Of a stretch of DNA of 64,000 bases, positions 42,301 through 56,737 are shown in pieces. The notes under the pieces are model-generated. The model was not told the origin of the DNA and made no database searches. It saw only the letters and a program-made list of their open reading frames with translations. This DNA is from Eledone cirrhosa (lineage: Eukaryota), in the NCBI GenBank assembly GCA_964016885.1, contig OZ024758.1, positions 27,094,001 to 27,158,000 on the forward strand, in the 5' to 3' direction. How positions within the stretch are numbered: the first letter of the stretch is position 1; each line of letters opens with the position of its first letter. Both the position numbers and the translations under genes were made by a program.

Positions 42301-45160
42301 AGTGGTGGTGATAGTGCTGGTGTTGTAGATAGTGGTGTTGTTAGTGGTGGTGATAGTGCTGGTGTTGTAGATAGTGGTGTTGTTAGTGGTGGTGATAGTG
42401 CTGGTGTTGTAGATAGTGGTGTTGTTAGTGGTGGTGATAGTGCTGGTGTTGTATATAGTGGTGTTGTTAGTGGCGGTGATAGTGCTGGTGTTGTAGATAG
42501 TGGTGTTGTTAGTGGCGGTGATAGTGCTGGTGTTGTATATAGTGGTGTCGTTAGTGGCGGTGATAGTGCTGGTGTTGTTAGTGGTGGTGATAGTGCTGGT
42601 GTTGTAGATAGTGGTGTTGTTAGTGGCGGTGATAGTGCTGGTGTTGTATATAGTGGTGTCGTTAGTGGCGGTGATAGTGCTGGTGTTGTTAGTGGTGTTG
42701 TATATAGTGGCGTCGTTAGTGGCGGTGATAGTACTGGTGTTGTAGATAGTGGTGTTGTTGTGGCGGTGATAGTGCTGGTGTTGTAGATAGTGGTGTTGTT
42801 AGTGGCGGTGATAGTGCTGGTGTTGTAGATAGTGGTGTTGTTAGTGGTGGTGATAGTGCTGGTGTTGTAGATAGTGGTGTTGTTGTGGCGGTGATAGTGC
42901 TGGTGTTGTAGATAGTGGTGTTGTTAGTGGCGGTGATAGTGCTGGTGTTGTAGATAGTGGTGTTGTTGTGGCGGTGATAGTGCTGGTGTTGTAGATAGTG
43001 GTGTTGTTGTGGCGGTGATAGTGCTGGTGTTGTATATAGTGGTGTTGTTAGTGGTGGTGATAGTGCTGGTGTTGTAGATAGTGGTGTTGTTGTGGCGGTG
43101 ATAGTGCTGGTGTTGTAGATAGTGGTGTTGTTGTGGCGGTGATAGTGCTGGTGTTGTAGATAGTGGTGTGGTTGTGGCGGTGATAGTACTGGTGTTGTAG
43201 ATAGTGGTGTTGTGGCGGTGATAGTGCTGGTGTTGTTAGAGGCGGTGATAGTGCTGGTGTTGTAGATAGTGGTGTTGTTAGTGGCGGTGATAGTGCTGGT
43301 GTTGTAGATAGTGGTGTTGTTGTGGCGGTGATAGTGCTGGTGTTGTAGATAGTGGTGTTGTGGCGGTGATAGTGCTGGTGTTGTTAGAGGCGGTGATAGT
43401 GCTGGTGTTGTAGATAGTGGTGTTGTTAGTGGTGGTGATAGTGCTGGTGTTGTAGATAGTGGTGTGGTTGTGGTGGTGATAGTGCTGGTGTTGTAGATAG
43501 TGGTGTGGTTGTGGCGGTGATAGTGCTGGTGTTGTAGATAGTGGTGTTGTTAGTGGCGGTGATAGTGCTGGTGTTGTAGATAGTGGTGTGGTTGTGGTGG
43601 TGATAGTGCTGGTGTTGTAGATAGTGGTGTGGTTGTGGCGGTGATAGTGCTGGTGTTGTAGATAGTGGTGTTGTTAGTGGCGGTGATAGTGCTGGTGTTG
43701 TAGATAGTGGTGTTGTTAGTGGTGGTGATAGTGCTGGTGTTGTAGATAGTGGTGTTGTTGTGGCGGTGATAGTGCTGGTGTTGTAAATAGTGGTGTTGTT
43801 AGTGGTGGTGATAGTGCTGGTGTTGTAGATAGTGGTGTTGTTAGTGCCGGTGATAGTGCTGGTGTTGTAGATAGTGGTGTTGTTAGTGCCGGTGATAGTG
43901 CTGGTGTTGTAGATAGTGGTGTTGTTAGTGGTGGTGATAGTGCTGGTGTTGTAGATAGTGGTGTGGTTAGTGGTGGTGATAGTGCTGGTGTTGTAGATAG
44001 TGGTGTTGTTAGTGGCGGTGATAGTGCTGGTGTTGTAGATAGTGGTGTTGTTAGTGCCGGTGATAGTGCTGGTGTTGTAGATAGTGGTGTTGTTAGTGGT
44101 GGTGATAGTGCTGGTGTTGTAGATAGTGGTGTGGTTAGTGGTGGTGATAGTGCTGGTGTTGTAGATAGTGGTGTTGTTAGTGGCGGTGGTAGTGCTGGTG
44201 TTGTAGATAGTGGTGTTGTTGTGGCGGTGATAGTGCTGGTGTTGTAGATAGTGGTGTGGTTGTGGCGGTGATAGTGCTGGTGTTGTAGATAGTGGTGTGG
44301 TTGTGGCGGTGATAGTGCTGGTGTTGTAGATAGTGGTGTGGTTGTGGCGGTGATAGTGCTGGTGTTGTAGATAGTGGTGTGGTTGTGGCGGTGATAGTGC
44401 TGGTGTTGTAGATAGTGGTGTTGTTAGTGGCGGTGATAGTGCTGGTGTTGTAGATAGTGGTGTTGTTAGTGGTGGTGATAGTGCTGGTGTTGTAGATAGT
44501 GGTGTGGTTAGTGGTGGTGATAGTGCTGGTGTTGTAGATAGTGGTGTTGGTTGTGGCGGTGATAGTGCTGGTGCTGTTTGTGGCGGTGAAAGGGTTGGTG
44601 TTGTTGGTGTTGTTGGTGGTGGTGATAGTACTGGTGTTGTTGGTGGTGGTGATAGTACTGGTGTTGTTGGTGGTGGTGATAGTACTGGTGTTGTTATTGT
44701 GGCGGTGATAGTGTTGGAGTTGTTGGTGATAGTGCTGGTGTTGTTGGTGGCGGTGATAGTACTGGTGTTGTTATTGTGGCGGTGATAGTGTTGGTGTTGT
44801 TGGTGGTGGTGATAGTACTGGTGTTGTTATTGTGGCGGTGATAGTGTTGGTGTTGTTGGTGGTGGTGATAGTACTGGTGTTGTTGGTGGCGGTGATAGTG
44901 TTGGTGTTGTTGGTGGTGGTGATAGTACTGGTGTTGTTATTGTGGCGGTGATAGTGTTGGTGTTGTTGGTGGTGGTGATAGTACTGGTGTTGTTATTGTG
45001 GCGGTGATAGTGTTGGTGTTGTTGGTGGTGGTGATAGTACTGGTGTTGTTGGTGGCGGTGATAGTGTTGGTGTTGTTGGTGGTGGTGATAGTACTGGTGT
45101 TGTTGGTGGCGGGGATAGTGTTGGTGTTGTTGGTGGTGGGGATAGTGTTGGTGTTGTTGA
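39320..45160. repeat. 42-bp G/T-rich minisatellite, ending in ~27-bp variants
   Basis: Unit AGTGGCGGTGATAGTGCTGGTGTTGTAGATAGTGGTGTTGTT with frequent 41-bp variants. From about 44600 the unit is GGTGGTGGTGATAGTACTGGTGTTGTT. Confidence 0.97.
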
Positions 45161-45611
45161 TGGTCTGTTGAAAATGAAGTTGATGATATTTTCATCAATA
45201 TTGCTACTTCTACTTTATCTTGCTCCTCTCCTCCACCCCACCCCCTACAGCCTTTCTAAGAACTTTGGCCCGGAACCTTTACTTCTTTATCGTTTACACA
45301 TGCCTTATCAATTTAAAGCAAGTTTCTCTATAGCCTTGCAATTGTCCAGATGTAAAATCGGAAGCTGCAGATTACATATCTGTACGTGTGTGTGTGTGTG
45401 TGCGTGTGCGTGTGCGTGTGCGTGTGCGTGTGCGTGTGCGTGTGCGTGTGCGTGTGCGTGTGCGTGTGTGTGTGTGTGTACGTGCGTTTGCGTGTATTTT
45501 CACGACACAGTGCACGTATACACATAAAGCAAATGTGTCTAGAAATAACCATATATACTGTGTATATATATATGTACGTATGTATATATATTATATATAT
45601 ATATATATATA

Positions 45612-45770
45612 GAGGAACAAGTATGACCCCGACGGCAGAGCTCAAGCCGTTTCGACGGCTATTTCTGGACCGTCGGGGTCATACATGTTCCTATTACCCA
45701 CTCTACTACCCTAAGTATTGAGTATTTTGGTGCGTTATGGTCCATCTGGTTCCTTACCACAATTCCTTCG

Positions 45771-45773
<3 letters not shown>
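45612..45773 (+). mobile_element. PLE family B inverted copy plus tail
   Basis: AGGAACAAGTATGACCCCGACGG / CCGTCGGGGTCATACATGTTCCT arms and the family tail, between (TA)n tracts. Confidence 0.65.
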
Positions 45774-45816
<43 letters not shown>

Positions 45817-45820
<4 letters not shown>

Positions 45821-46130
45821 CTACCAAAATGTACGGTAGTGTGCAATCCGTATGAAGAACTCAATGTAATCCGAATATCATGAAAAGAGATGTATTCGAT
45901 GAAAAACACAGGAAAACAGAGTCAAGATAAATTAATAAAAATAATGAATAAAAACAAAGAAACAGTTCCTTATATTAAAAAATTCATCATTTTACGCTCG
46001 TTTCTAGGATATATATGTGTGTTGGTATGTATATCATATAGATCTATGTAAAATGTTTACAAAATATCAGAGGGAATATACATACAAGGAACTGTTTCTT
46101 TGTTTTTATTCATTATTTTTATTAATTAAT
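45817..46130 (-). mobile_element. PLE family E fragment with inverted end
   Basis: Homologous to 25080-25352. Minus strand reads GAAAC-GAGC-GTA-AAATGATGA. Inverted arms at about 45930-45971 and 46086-46127. Confidence 0.65.
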
Positions 46131-46164
46131 ATATATATATATTACTAAGGTTAAATAGTGAGGC

Positions 46165-46210
46165 TTGTTACTCCCGAGTTTCGCCTGTTGATCACAAGGT
46201 CATCAGACAG
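46165..46210 (-). ncRNA. Type I hammerhead ribozyme
   Basis: Minus strand reads CTGT-CTGATGA-CCT..AGG-C-GAAAC-TC-GG-GA-GTA-ACAA. Confidence 0.7.
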
Positions 46211-46463
46211 AAATGTCTATCTCACTCTCTCTCTATATATAGGAGGGTTGGGGGGGGGGTGTACACATACACACATATATATATGGGTTCCCCAGAGAAC
46301 CAGGGTTGGATAAAAATTAATTAATGTTTGTAAGACCGTCTGAAAAGAAGCCGGATTGATACCATGGAACCAATACTCTGCATAGAAGTGAAACACGTGG
46401 GAGCATTTGTAATGAAAAACTTCCGAATAAATTGTTGTAAAAACCCATTATGCATACGTATTC

Positions 46464-46503
<40 letters not shown>

Positions 46504-46556
46504 AGACACAGACACACACACACACACAGACACACACACATATATATATATATATA

Positions 46557-46745
46557 ATTATTTCTAATTTAGGCACAAGGCCAGCAATTACCCAGTACAT
46601 TACTGGTACTTTATTTTATCGACCCCGTAAGGATGAAAGGCAAAGTTAACCTCGGCGGGATTTGAACTCGGATCATAAAGGGATGTAACTCTGTGCTGCT
46701 AAGCATGGCGTCCGACCCTCTACCTATATTGCCAATCCACCGCCA
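46557..46745 (-). mobile_element. MetaSINE-like element
   Basis: Matches the family consensus. Confidence 0.85.
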
Positions 46746-47108
46746 ATAATAATAATAGAACACACACTGTTTGGTTTGATTTTCGCTTCAGTTTAGTACA
46801 TCTTTATATTTTTATAAATAATTTAGCTGGCAATCAATGTTTATCATTGATTGACCATCAGTTAAAATTATATTTATAGAGATTCTTTTATTCCTGAATA
46901 CCTATTCTTAATTAACGAACGTTCAAATAAATGGTTTCGTCTGTCGCAATATGACTAAAGTTTGTTGACTCCTTTAGCTACAACAGTTCGTTATTTGATA
47001 AAGACACATTTAAAAATAAAGAAAAAAGAAACCTCAAACGTGTTTGATGTATACGTGATGGTATGTACCAGTCTCATACTCTTTAAAAGTGTGTGTGTGA
47101 GTGTGTCG

Positions 47109-47159
<51 letters not shown>

Positions 47160-47205
47160 GTGTGTGTGTGTGTGTGTGTTGTGTGTGTGTGTGTGTGTGT
47201 GAGTG

Positions 47206-47363
<158 letters not shown>

Positions 47364-48174
47364 TGTGTCTCTCTCTCTCCCTGTATATATATATGTATAT
47401 ATATATATATATATATATGTGTATGTGTGTGTGTGTACATATATATCTTTATTATAGATGGAAATGACTAGAGGACGACAACTCTTTCATTCGCATCCTA
47501 TCAGACGAATGAAATAATTATAGTCATTTAGAAGTTATTTCTATATATAATAAAAATGCCTATATTCTACCAATGAATTGATTACCTTTTTAACTGTGAT
47601 TACCCTTGATACAAACGGGAATCTTCACACACACACACATATAATTACAATTTAGCTTCAGGCATCGTTGTATACAGATATGTATTGGAATTTCGTATTT
47701 CAGAATAAATACGGTATGTTTAAAATATACATTTAGAGAGCCGTAGCTATATATATATATATATATATATGAATAAAGTTAGTCCTTCATCAGTGATCTT
47801 CCAACCATCATTGGTATTTCATCGCTTTAAAGACCATATACCTCCGGTTGGTGCGAGCAACGGCTAAAAAAAGTCGTTGGGACACATATATATATATATA
47901 ATCAGTACGGCTGCAGTCTGTTGACTGAAATTAGTAAAAGACTCATTAATGCTGGTTACCAATCATGTTAGCTGTCTTGATAGAGAAATTGTCACCTAAA
48001 ATGAGTCTTTGTATAACGGAGGGTAGATCTCTATTGCTCGGGAAACAAAAGCTAGTTTCTTCTAAATAGTGAAAATAATGTTTGTTTACAAACACACCGA
48101 GCATTATAATAAATGTTCGGTGAATCCATACGTACATATATATATATATGTGTGCATGTATCTCTATATATATA

Positions 48175-48994
<820 letters not shown>

Positions 48995-49387
48995 AAGAGT
49001 GAGAAATGAAATTTCGTTTCATTTTTTCCAATATACTTTTCCTTTTATTTTTACCGCTTAGTTATAAAGGAAGTTATTCTCAACTGAGAGATAGAGCTCC
49101 AGTGGCTGCAACAGAGAGAACTGCATCAAAGGCGATCACCTACCAGCATATTAACAATGTTTGTGTTATGCATTTTTGTTTCGTGGTATTGATGTGGAAA
49201 ATAAACCACCCTGGTTATTGTCTTTAATGCAATCCTAACACAATAGCAGCTCCCAACATAGAGACACAGAAGCTTAACAAGTAACGTGTAGGGTGAATAC
49301 CTTAGGGAAATATATTTAGCAAGACATATTTCTGGTATAAAATATTTATATATATATTTTTATACATATACATATCTACCTACATAC

Positions 49388-49698
49388 ATGTATGTATGTA
49401 TGTATGTATGTATGTATGTATGTATGTATGTATGTATGTATGTATGTATGTATGTATGTATGTATGTATGTATGTATGTATGTATGTATGTATGTATGTA
49501 TGTATGTATGTATGTATGTATGTATGTATGTATGTATGTATGTATGTATGTATGTATGTATGTATGTATGTATGTATGTATGTATGTATGTATGTATGTA
49601 TGTATGTATGTATGTATGTATGTATGTATGTATGTATGTATGTATGTATGTATGTATGTATGTATGTATGTATGTATGTATGTATGTATGTATGTATG
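49388..49698. repeat. (TATG)n microsatellite
   Basis: Perfect run of about 310 bp. Confidence 0.99.
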
Positions 49699-49703
49699 TT
49701 AAT

Positions 49704-50350
49704 GTCAGGTCACCACTTGGTGCTACTGGTAACATGTATCCCAGTACAACCTGTCTCATGGTCGGGTCGTTGGCGACTAAACTGGCAACCCCACCAAGGT
49801 TTCTTAGTGAGGAGGGTGACTTTGGACATCCTGCAGGACTAAAAACAAAACCTGTCAAAGGGCAAAGGAGCTCTTAAGAGTCAATGGCCATCCAAAATCA
49901 CTGGGAGAGATGACCCCTTAGCCTTTGTCAAGGCAGAATTCTAGGAGAAGGAAAACTCTGATATAACACCTGCAACCCTGATGATATCCAATGATGTTGA
50001 CTTGTTCTTCTTTTTGGTAAATATCATCTTGGTTAACAGAGTGGGACTGGCTTTGTGCAGTGCCTTTGCTCACTATAAAAGCTTCACGGCACAGGCATTG
50101 CTTTATATCTGGAGGTCTCTCTGCACTTGTCGTCACATGGTACCATGGGCCCAGCACTGTGTCAATATTTGTCATAACTGTAGTGTTTGTATCAGAGTTT
50201 TCAAGTCGCTGGCTGGACTAAAAAGTCACACTCGTTCAGCGAATTGGTAGGGGTTCTCCTACATGGATATAAAGTAGTGGCCGTACTCGAAAACGAGTTG
50301 GCAGCCACCATATATATGTATGTATGTATGTATGTTTGTATGTATGTATG
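49704..50350 (+). mobile_element. Non-autonomous RTE-like retroelement with (TATG)n tail
   Basis: Near-identical to 55581-56235. The 3' part encodes a C2H2-type finger remnant CSVCIRVFKSLAGLKSHTRS, of the kind found at RTE/BovB ORF C-termini. Confidence 0.65.
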
Positions 50351-50407
50351 GTCCCGTAACTCCTGATAGAGTCGTAGGGGGCGCTGTATTGACATACAGT
50401 GATTCTT

Positions 50408-50673
50408 GGGCATTTTAAAACTGGCGGAGCCCGTCTATCTCCAGGCCTGAGTACAGCAGATTTCTTCCAGAGAAAGATAGAAAGTGAGAGAGAGGAAATG
50501 AGAAAGAGATATAGAGGAAGAATTGACCCCAGTACTAGACTGGTATTTATTTTATCGATCTCGAAAGAATGAAAGGCAAAGTTGACCTTGGCGGGATTTG
50601 AACTCAGAGATCAGGAACGAATACCATAAAGCATTCTACCCGACGTTCCAACGACTCTGACAATTGGCCGCCT
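50408..50673 (-). mobile_element. MetaSINE variant with an alternative 3' end
   Basis: Homologous to 33410-33686. Confidence 0.75.
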
Positions 50674-50679
50674 ATCTAC

Positions 50680-51460
50680 CTACATACACTTAAACAAACA
50701 CACAAACACATACATACATACACTTAAACAAACACACAAACACATACCTATATACAAATAAACACATACATACATACACTTAAACAAACACACAAACACA
50801 TACCAACATACACTTAAACAAACACACAAACACATACATAAACAAACAAACACATAAACACATACATACATAAACACACAAACACATACATACATGAACA
50901 AACACATACATACGTACACAAACAAACACATACATGCACAAACAAACACATACAAACATGAACAAACAAACAAACAAACGCATACATACATGAACAAACA
51001 AACAAACAAACAAACGCATAATACATGAACAAACAAATAAACAAACGCATACATACATGAACAAACAAACAAACAAACGCATACATACATGAACAAACAA
51101 ACACACAAACACATACATACATGAACAAACACATACATACGTACACAAACAAACACATACATGCACAAACAAACAAACACATACAAACATGAACAAACAA
51201 ACAAACAAACGCATAGATACATGAACAAACAAACAAACGCATACATACATGAACAAACAAACAAACAAACGCATACATACATGAACAAACAAATAAACAA
51301 ACGCATACATACATGAACAAACAAACAAACAAACGCATACATACATGAACAAACAAATAAACAAACGCATACATACATGAACAAACAAATAAACAAACGC
51401 ATACATACATGAACAAACAAACAAACAAACGCATACATACATGAACAAACAAACAAACAA
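50680..51460. repeat. Compound (CAAA)/(CATA) minisatellite
   Basis: Recurring GCATACATACATGAACAAACAAACAAACAAAC. Confidence 0.95.
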
Positions 51461-53478
51461 CGCCCCCCCGTCCCCTCTCAACGATTTTGTGTGTGTACGA
51501 ATTGTCTCATAGCCTTCCTAGATGTTAATTGTTTACATATTCTCAGTTGCAGCAGATTGGGGGGCCGTATCTATATACACCCTCAATATATATTCATATG
51601 TATACATTCAATTCAAGACCATATGTTTCCATTTTCAATTCTCGTGACAGCCATTTTATGATATCATATTACCACCATCTGAAGTAGTTATCTATGTCGG
51701 CAAAGTGACCATTTCGAAATGTAACTGATACCCAGTTTTCCCTCTCTGTTACACTAGCTCAATACAACAACAGGGCGTGGTACTGAAACTTCAAACATTT
51801 ATTCTCTACGCTGGGTTGCCACTGGTACCAACCGATGTTTTATGGAATTTTAAGCAATGGAAAATGGTAACTTCAGGAATAGATATAATTATTTCTTTTG
51901 AAAACTTTATATATCGAAAACTAATAAAAAAAAATAACAAACAAACCAACAATACATATATTCATAAATATGTCTATATGATGAGACAGTAAGCATGCAC
52001 ATTCACGTACACCAGGTCCGAACACCGAGGAGCCGAACTCCCACTGTCATCGCCCTCCCCATCTTTATTATGAGCAAATGTGGTCCCACGTGCTGGCCGC
52101 CCCACGGCCCCGGCGGACAGAATGGAGAAGGCGTTTCCCTGGAGGATGGTAAGGGAGATGCGCTAAAAGAGCCATTCCATCTCGCGAGGCTCCCACCTGC
52201 GGCTAGCCAACTCAGCGGCCTATGGTGGTAAGTAGGGACGTAGCCCTGGGGCCAAGGACACCAGAAGTCTCCACTGCTAGGGGCTCGACTGCAAACCTGT
52301 CGGAGAGGAACTGATATTTGGAGAGTTTACCCTCCTCAGCCCGAAGTGCAGCAGAACCTGGGTTAGTCGCAGAAAAGTGTTATAGAGATAATATTTGATA
52401 GGAGTTGAAAGGGAAAAGACGTAACCAACCGATCATTAAAGTTTTATATTTGCTGTAAAAAAAAAACTCCACGACGATAAAAATAATCCTAATAAAATGT
52501 GGTTTGAGTAAACTATGGATTGTTTTGTCTCACTTTAAAAAGTTTACTTTCGTAATTAATGTCTTTTTTGTGGATACAGCGTAGCCGAACGGTTAAGAAA
52601 TTCATTCCACAATCATAAGTTACCGGGTTCAATCCCACGGCGTGGCAGCTTGAGCAAAAGTCGTTTCCCATAACCTCAAGTAAGGCCAAAGGGCGGTGGA
52701 TCGTCGAAAAAAAAAATGCTACTTCGGTATTTGTTCTGATTTTTGAAATAAAATACTAGTCAAGTGCTGCGGGTGATTTAATCAACTTTGACTTTTCTCC
52801 AAATTTGTTGGCCTTGCGCCTAAATTATAAATTTAATAATCTCTTCCCGAAGGGGTAACATCGATGTTAGTGAAGAGAAATTGTTTCACTTTGGAAGAAA
52901 AACCACATTTTCGACTGTGTAAGTCGAGCGATTACACCTTACTCAACGGTGCTTGCCATTATGGTGAAATAACATTGACATAAATATACTATTGTCAGCG
53001 GTGTTTACTGTTATGTTAATATATTTAACCTAGATTGCGTGAAGTTGAAAAACAGACAAAATAAATAAATAAATGAATAAAACGAAAATGTTCATACATA
53101 CACATTGTAAAATTTTGTTTTTAGAACGAAATATTTGAAAATTAAATATCATTGCTGAATAAATTGTTCTATAAATTCATAAAAAAGAAACATCCCTATT
53201 TTATTACTGAGAATAGAAACACAAACACGCATGTTCACACACACACAATTGCCCACATTCTTTCTTTAAATATATGGTTATCCTGTAATCTGATCGATAA
53301 TAGTATATTATTTGTATCAGGAGAATAGAAGTATAATTTGGCCTCGACGGCTTTTGAACTTGGAACTAGTTTTAACATACACATATTGAGTTTCAAAGAA
53401 AAGGTGGTCGCCATTTTCCCCCCTACAAAGTTCACATTATTGAACAAAGTCAACTAATAATTATATATATTATAATAC

Positions 53479-53512
<34 letters not shown>

Positions 53513-54178
53513 TTGTGTATACATAAATATATTATTGTATATATATATATATAAAGAAAAAGAAAAAAAGCCTATTATATTGTTTATTTTTTCTTCCAGC
53601 TTTGAAGTACGTGATTCGATAGAAAGATAAAAAAATAAAAGAAATTAAAAAAAACAAAATTAGTTTTTGACTTCATAAATATCTTGATATTTTCCGTTAC
53701 GCTTTTGAGATTTTTGCAACTTCAAAACATGATTTATTCTAAAATAAATAAATGAATAAATAAAAAAAAAGACGTAGGCTGTTCAGAACAGAATAGAAAG
53801 TAATAACTCTGATTTAATAATAATAATAAAAAAATAAAAAAATAAAAAAAACTTAAACAAAAGAGCGAAAACAACAACAACAACAACGATAACACATTTC
53901 TTTCCATCGGTCTTTGATTATCTATGTTCAATTTTTGAAAGCCTAACTGTATTATTTCAATAGAGAATAACAATCGCCTTTTTGTTGTAAGAAATATGAT
54001 TTTAACAATATCGAATTTCAGGTAGATCTAAATCTCACTTTCTTCTTTGTAATTTTCACGTCCTCGATTTCTCCTATAAAGTAACCTTTCACCTAAATTT
54101 GAAATGAAAAATCTTAACTGTATCGTGTTTACTTTATAGTCCTTCGTCCATTTTATCTAAACTGGTACTACTACTAAT

Positions 54179-54842
54179 AATTGTTTCTACTTTAGGCACA
54201 AGGCCAGCAATTATCCCAGTGCATTACTGGTACTTTATTTTATCGACCCCGTAAGAAATAATTGTTTCTACTTTTAGCACAAGGCCAGCAATTATCCCAG
54301 TGTATTACTGGTACTTTATTTTATCGACCCCGTAAGGATGAAAGGCAAAGTCAACCTCGGCGGGATTTGAACTCAGATCGTAAAGGGACGTAACTATGCT
54401 GGTACTAATAATAATAATTGTTTCTACTTTTGGCACAAGGCCAGCAATTATCCCAGTGCATTACTGGTACTTTATTTTATCGACTCCGTAAGGATGAAAG
54501 GCAAAGTTAACCTCGGCGGGATTTGAACTCAGAATGGCAAGGGCCGTAACTCTAGGTGTCAAAGCATGGCGTCCGACCCTCTACCGATACTGCCAATCCA
54601 ATGGTTTCTCATATAGGCACAAGGCCAGCAATTTGGGGGGAGGGCAAAGTCGATTAAATCGACCCCAGTGCGTGACTGGTACTTTATTTTATCGACCCCG
54701 TAAGGATGAAAACAAAGCTAACTCCGGCGGGATTTGAACTCAGACCGCAAAGGGACGTGACTCTATGCCGCGAAGCATGACGTCCGACGCTCTACCGATA
54801 CTGCCGATAACAATGGTTTCTGATATAGGCACAAGGCCATCA
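54179..54842 (-). mobile_element. Tandem cluster of five MetaSINE-like copies or fragments
   Basis: Starts at about 54179, 54261, 54416, 54603 (long form) and 54815. Confidence 0.85.
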
Positions 54843-55580
54843 GTTTATCCTATTTCATAAACTATTTTATAGCATTTCCGCGCATGAGCACACCAATCTT
54901 TATATTAACATTACCCCCTCGGTGCTTCGTAAAAGTCTGAAATATCGGCTTTGTATATGAAATTATTAATAATAAACATCGTCTATCGACTAACAAGGTG
55001 GTTGGTTTCAGGAAATGGCTCTTACTAGAAATCGCCTGAAGTGAAATTTTGCAATTAGTGAAATGCTTCCTCCAAAACACCCGCCCACCCCACTCCAACC
55101 CTCCACACACTCAATTAAACATCACACGCATATCGACAACGCCAGTTGATGGAATTCAATATTTATACATCATTTCCACGATGACTATTTGTAAATATTT
55201 GATTTATTTGATTAATATATATTTAATTGAATTTTAAACTTAAAAGGAATGAAGCAGCATTTTGTTTATATTGTGCAGATGTAAATGAGTAGATTTCTGT
55301 CACGCATCCTTGGAATGAATGGACGCAAATGTGAAGCGATAAACAGGTTGTCGAACATTGGCAGATTATCATCTATCTACGATGGTAGGGTGAAACGTTC
55401 ATAGGCTGACTATGAAGGAGTAATGCTAGTCCTGTGAAATCTCGCATGCATTAATTTCAACTCTTATTAATAACTGCAGTGTATGTATGTATGTATGTAT
55501 GTATGTATGTATGTATGTATGTATGTATGTATGTATGTATGTATGTATGTATGTATGTATGTATGTATGTATGTATGTAT

Positions 55581-56348
55581 GGTAACATGTATCCCAGTAC
55601 AACCTGTCTCATGGTCGGGTCGTTGGCGACTAAACTGGCAACCCCACCAAGGTTTCTCGGTGAGGAGGGTGACTTTGGACATCCTGCAGGACTAGAAACA
55701 AAACCTGTCAAAGGGCAAAGGAGCTCTTAAGAGTCAATGGCCATCCAAAATCACCGGGAGAGATGACCCCTTAGCCTTTGTCAAGGCAGAATTCTAGGAG
55801 AAGGAAAACTCTGATATAACACCTGCAACTCTGATGATATCCAATGATGTTGACATGTTCTTCTTTTTGGTAAATATCATCTTGGTTAAGAGAGTGGGAC
55901 TGGCTTTGTGCAGTGCCTTTGCTCACTATAAAAGGTTCACGGCACAGGCAATGCTTTATATCTGGAGATCTCTCTGCACTTGCCGTCACATGGTACCATG
56001 GGCCTAGCACTATGTGTCAATAATTGTCACAGGTGTAGTGTTTGTACCAGAGTTTTCAAGTCGCTGACTGGACTAAAAAGTCACACTCGTTCAGCGCATC
56101 GGTAGGGGTTCTCCTACATGGATATAAAGTAGTGGCCGTACTCGAAAATGAGTTGGCAGCCATCATGTATGTATGTATGTATGTATGTATGTATGTATGT
56201 ATGTATGTATGTATGTATGTATGTATGTATGTATGTCAGGTCAGGTCACCAGTTGGTGCTACTGGTAACATGTATCCCAGTACAACCTGTCTCATGGGCG
56301 GGTCGTTGGCGACTAAACTGGCAACCCCACCAAGGTTTCTTGGTGAGG
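55581..56348 (+). mobile_element. Second copy plus partial third copy of the RTE-like non-autonomous element
   Basis: 55581-56165 aligns with 49728-50311. After (TATG)n, a 5' fragment follows at 56240-56348. Confidence 0.7.
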
Positions 56349-56737
56349 ATACTTGACTGGTACTTTTTTTCTATCAACCTCAAATGGATGAAAGGCAAAG
56401 TTGACCTTGGTGGGATTTGAACACAGAGAACAGAGTCGGAACAAATACCAAAAGGCATTTTATCTGACGTTCTAACGATTCTGCCAATTCTCCGCCGTTT
56501 CCAGTAGTATTGGGCAAAAGATAAATAGGAAAGGAAACGTCCATGTTAAAAAAAATATATGAATGAAAATGGCCGAGCAATTAACTTAGAAAAACAGTAA
56601 TAGGTACTCGCATATTTCTGTTTTCTTATTCTCACCAAGTTGATTTTGCCTTTCTGTTTTCCACTTATCTGTAACCCTTAGTGAATTGTTGAGACTCCAC
56701 AATAGGCATGTTATTCTGTGACACCATTCACCTATAC

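Noticed and set aside
38834-44785. Mucin-like or Gly/Ser/Val-rich protein ORFs
   Set aside because: They come from minisatellite with frequent 1-bp frame-breaking variants and have no unique coding flanks.
49722-49790. HDV-like ribozyme at the 5' end of the RTE-like element
   Set aside because: CCAGT/ACTGG, a small hairpin and CTAA are suggestive, but P1, P3 and L3 could not be assigned by eye.
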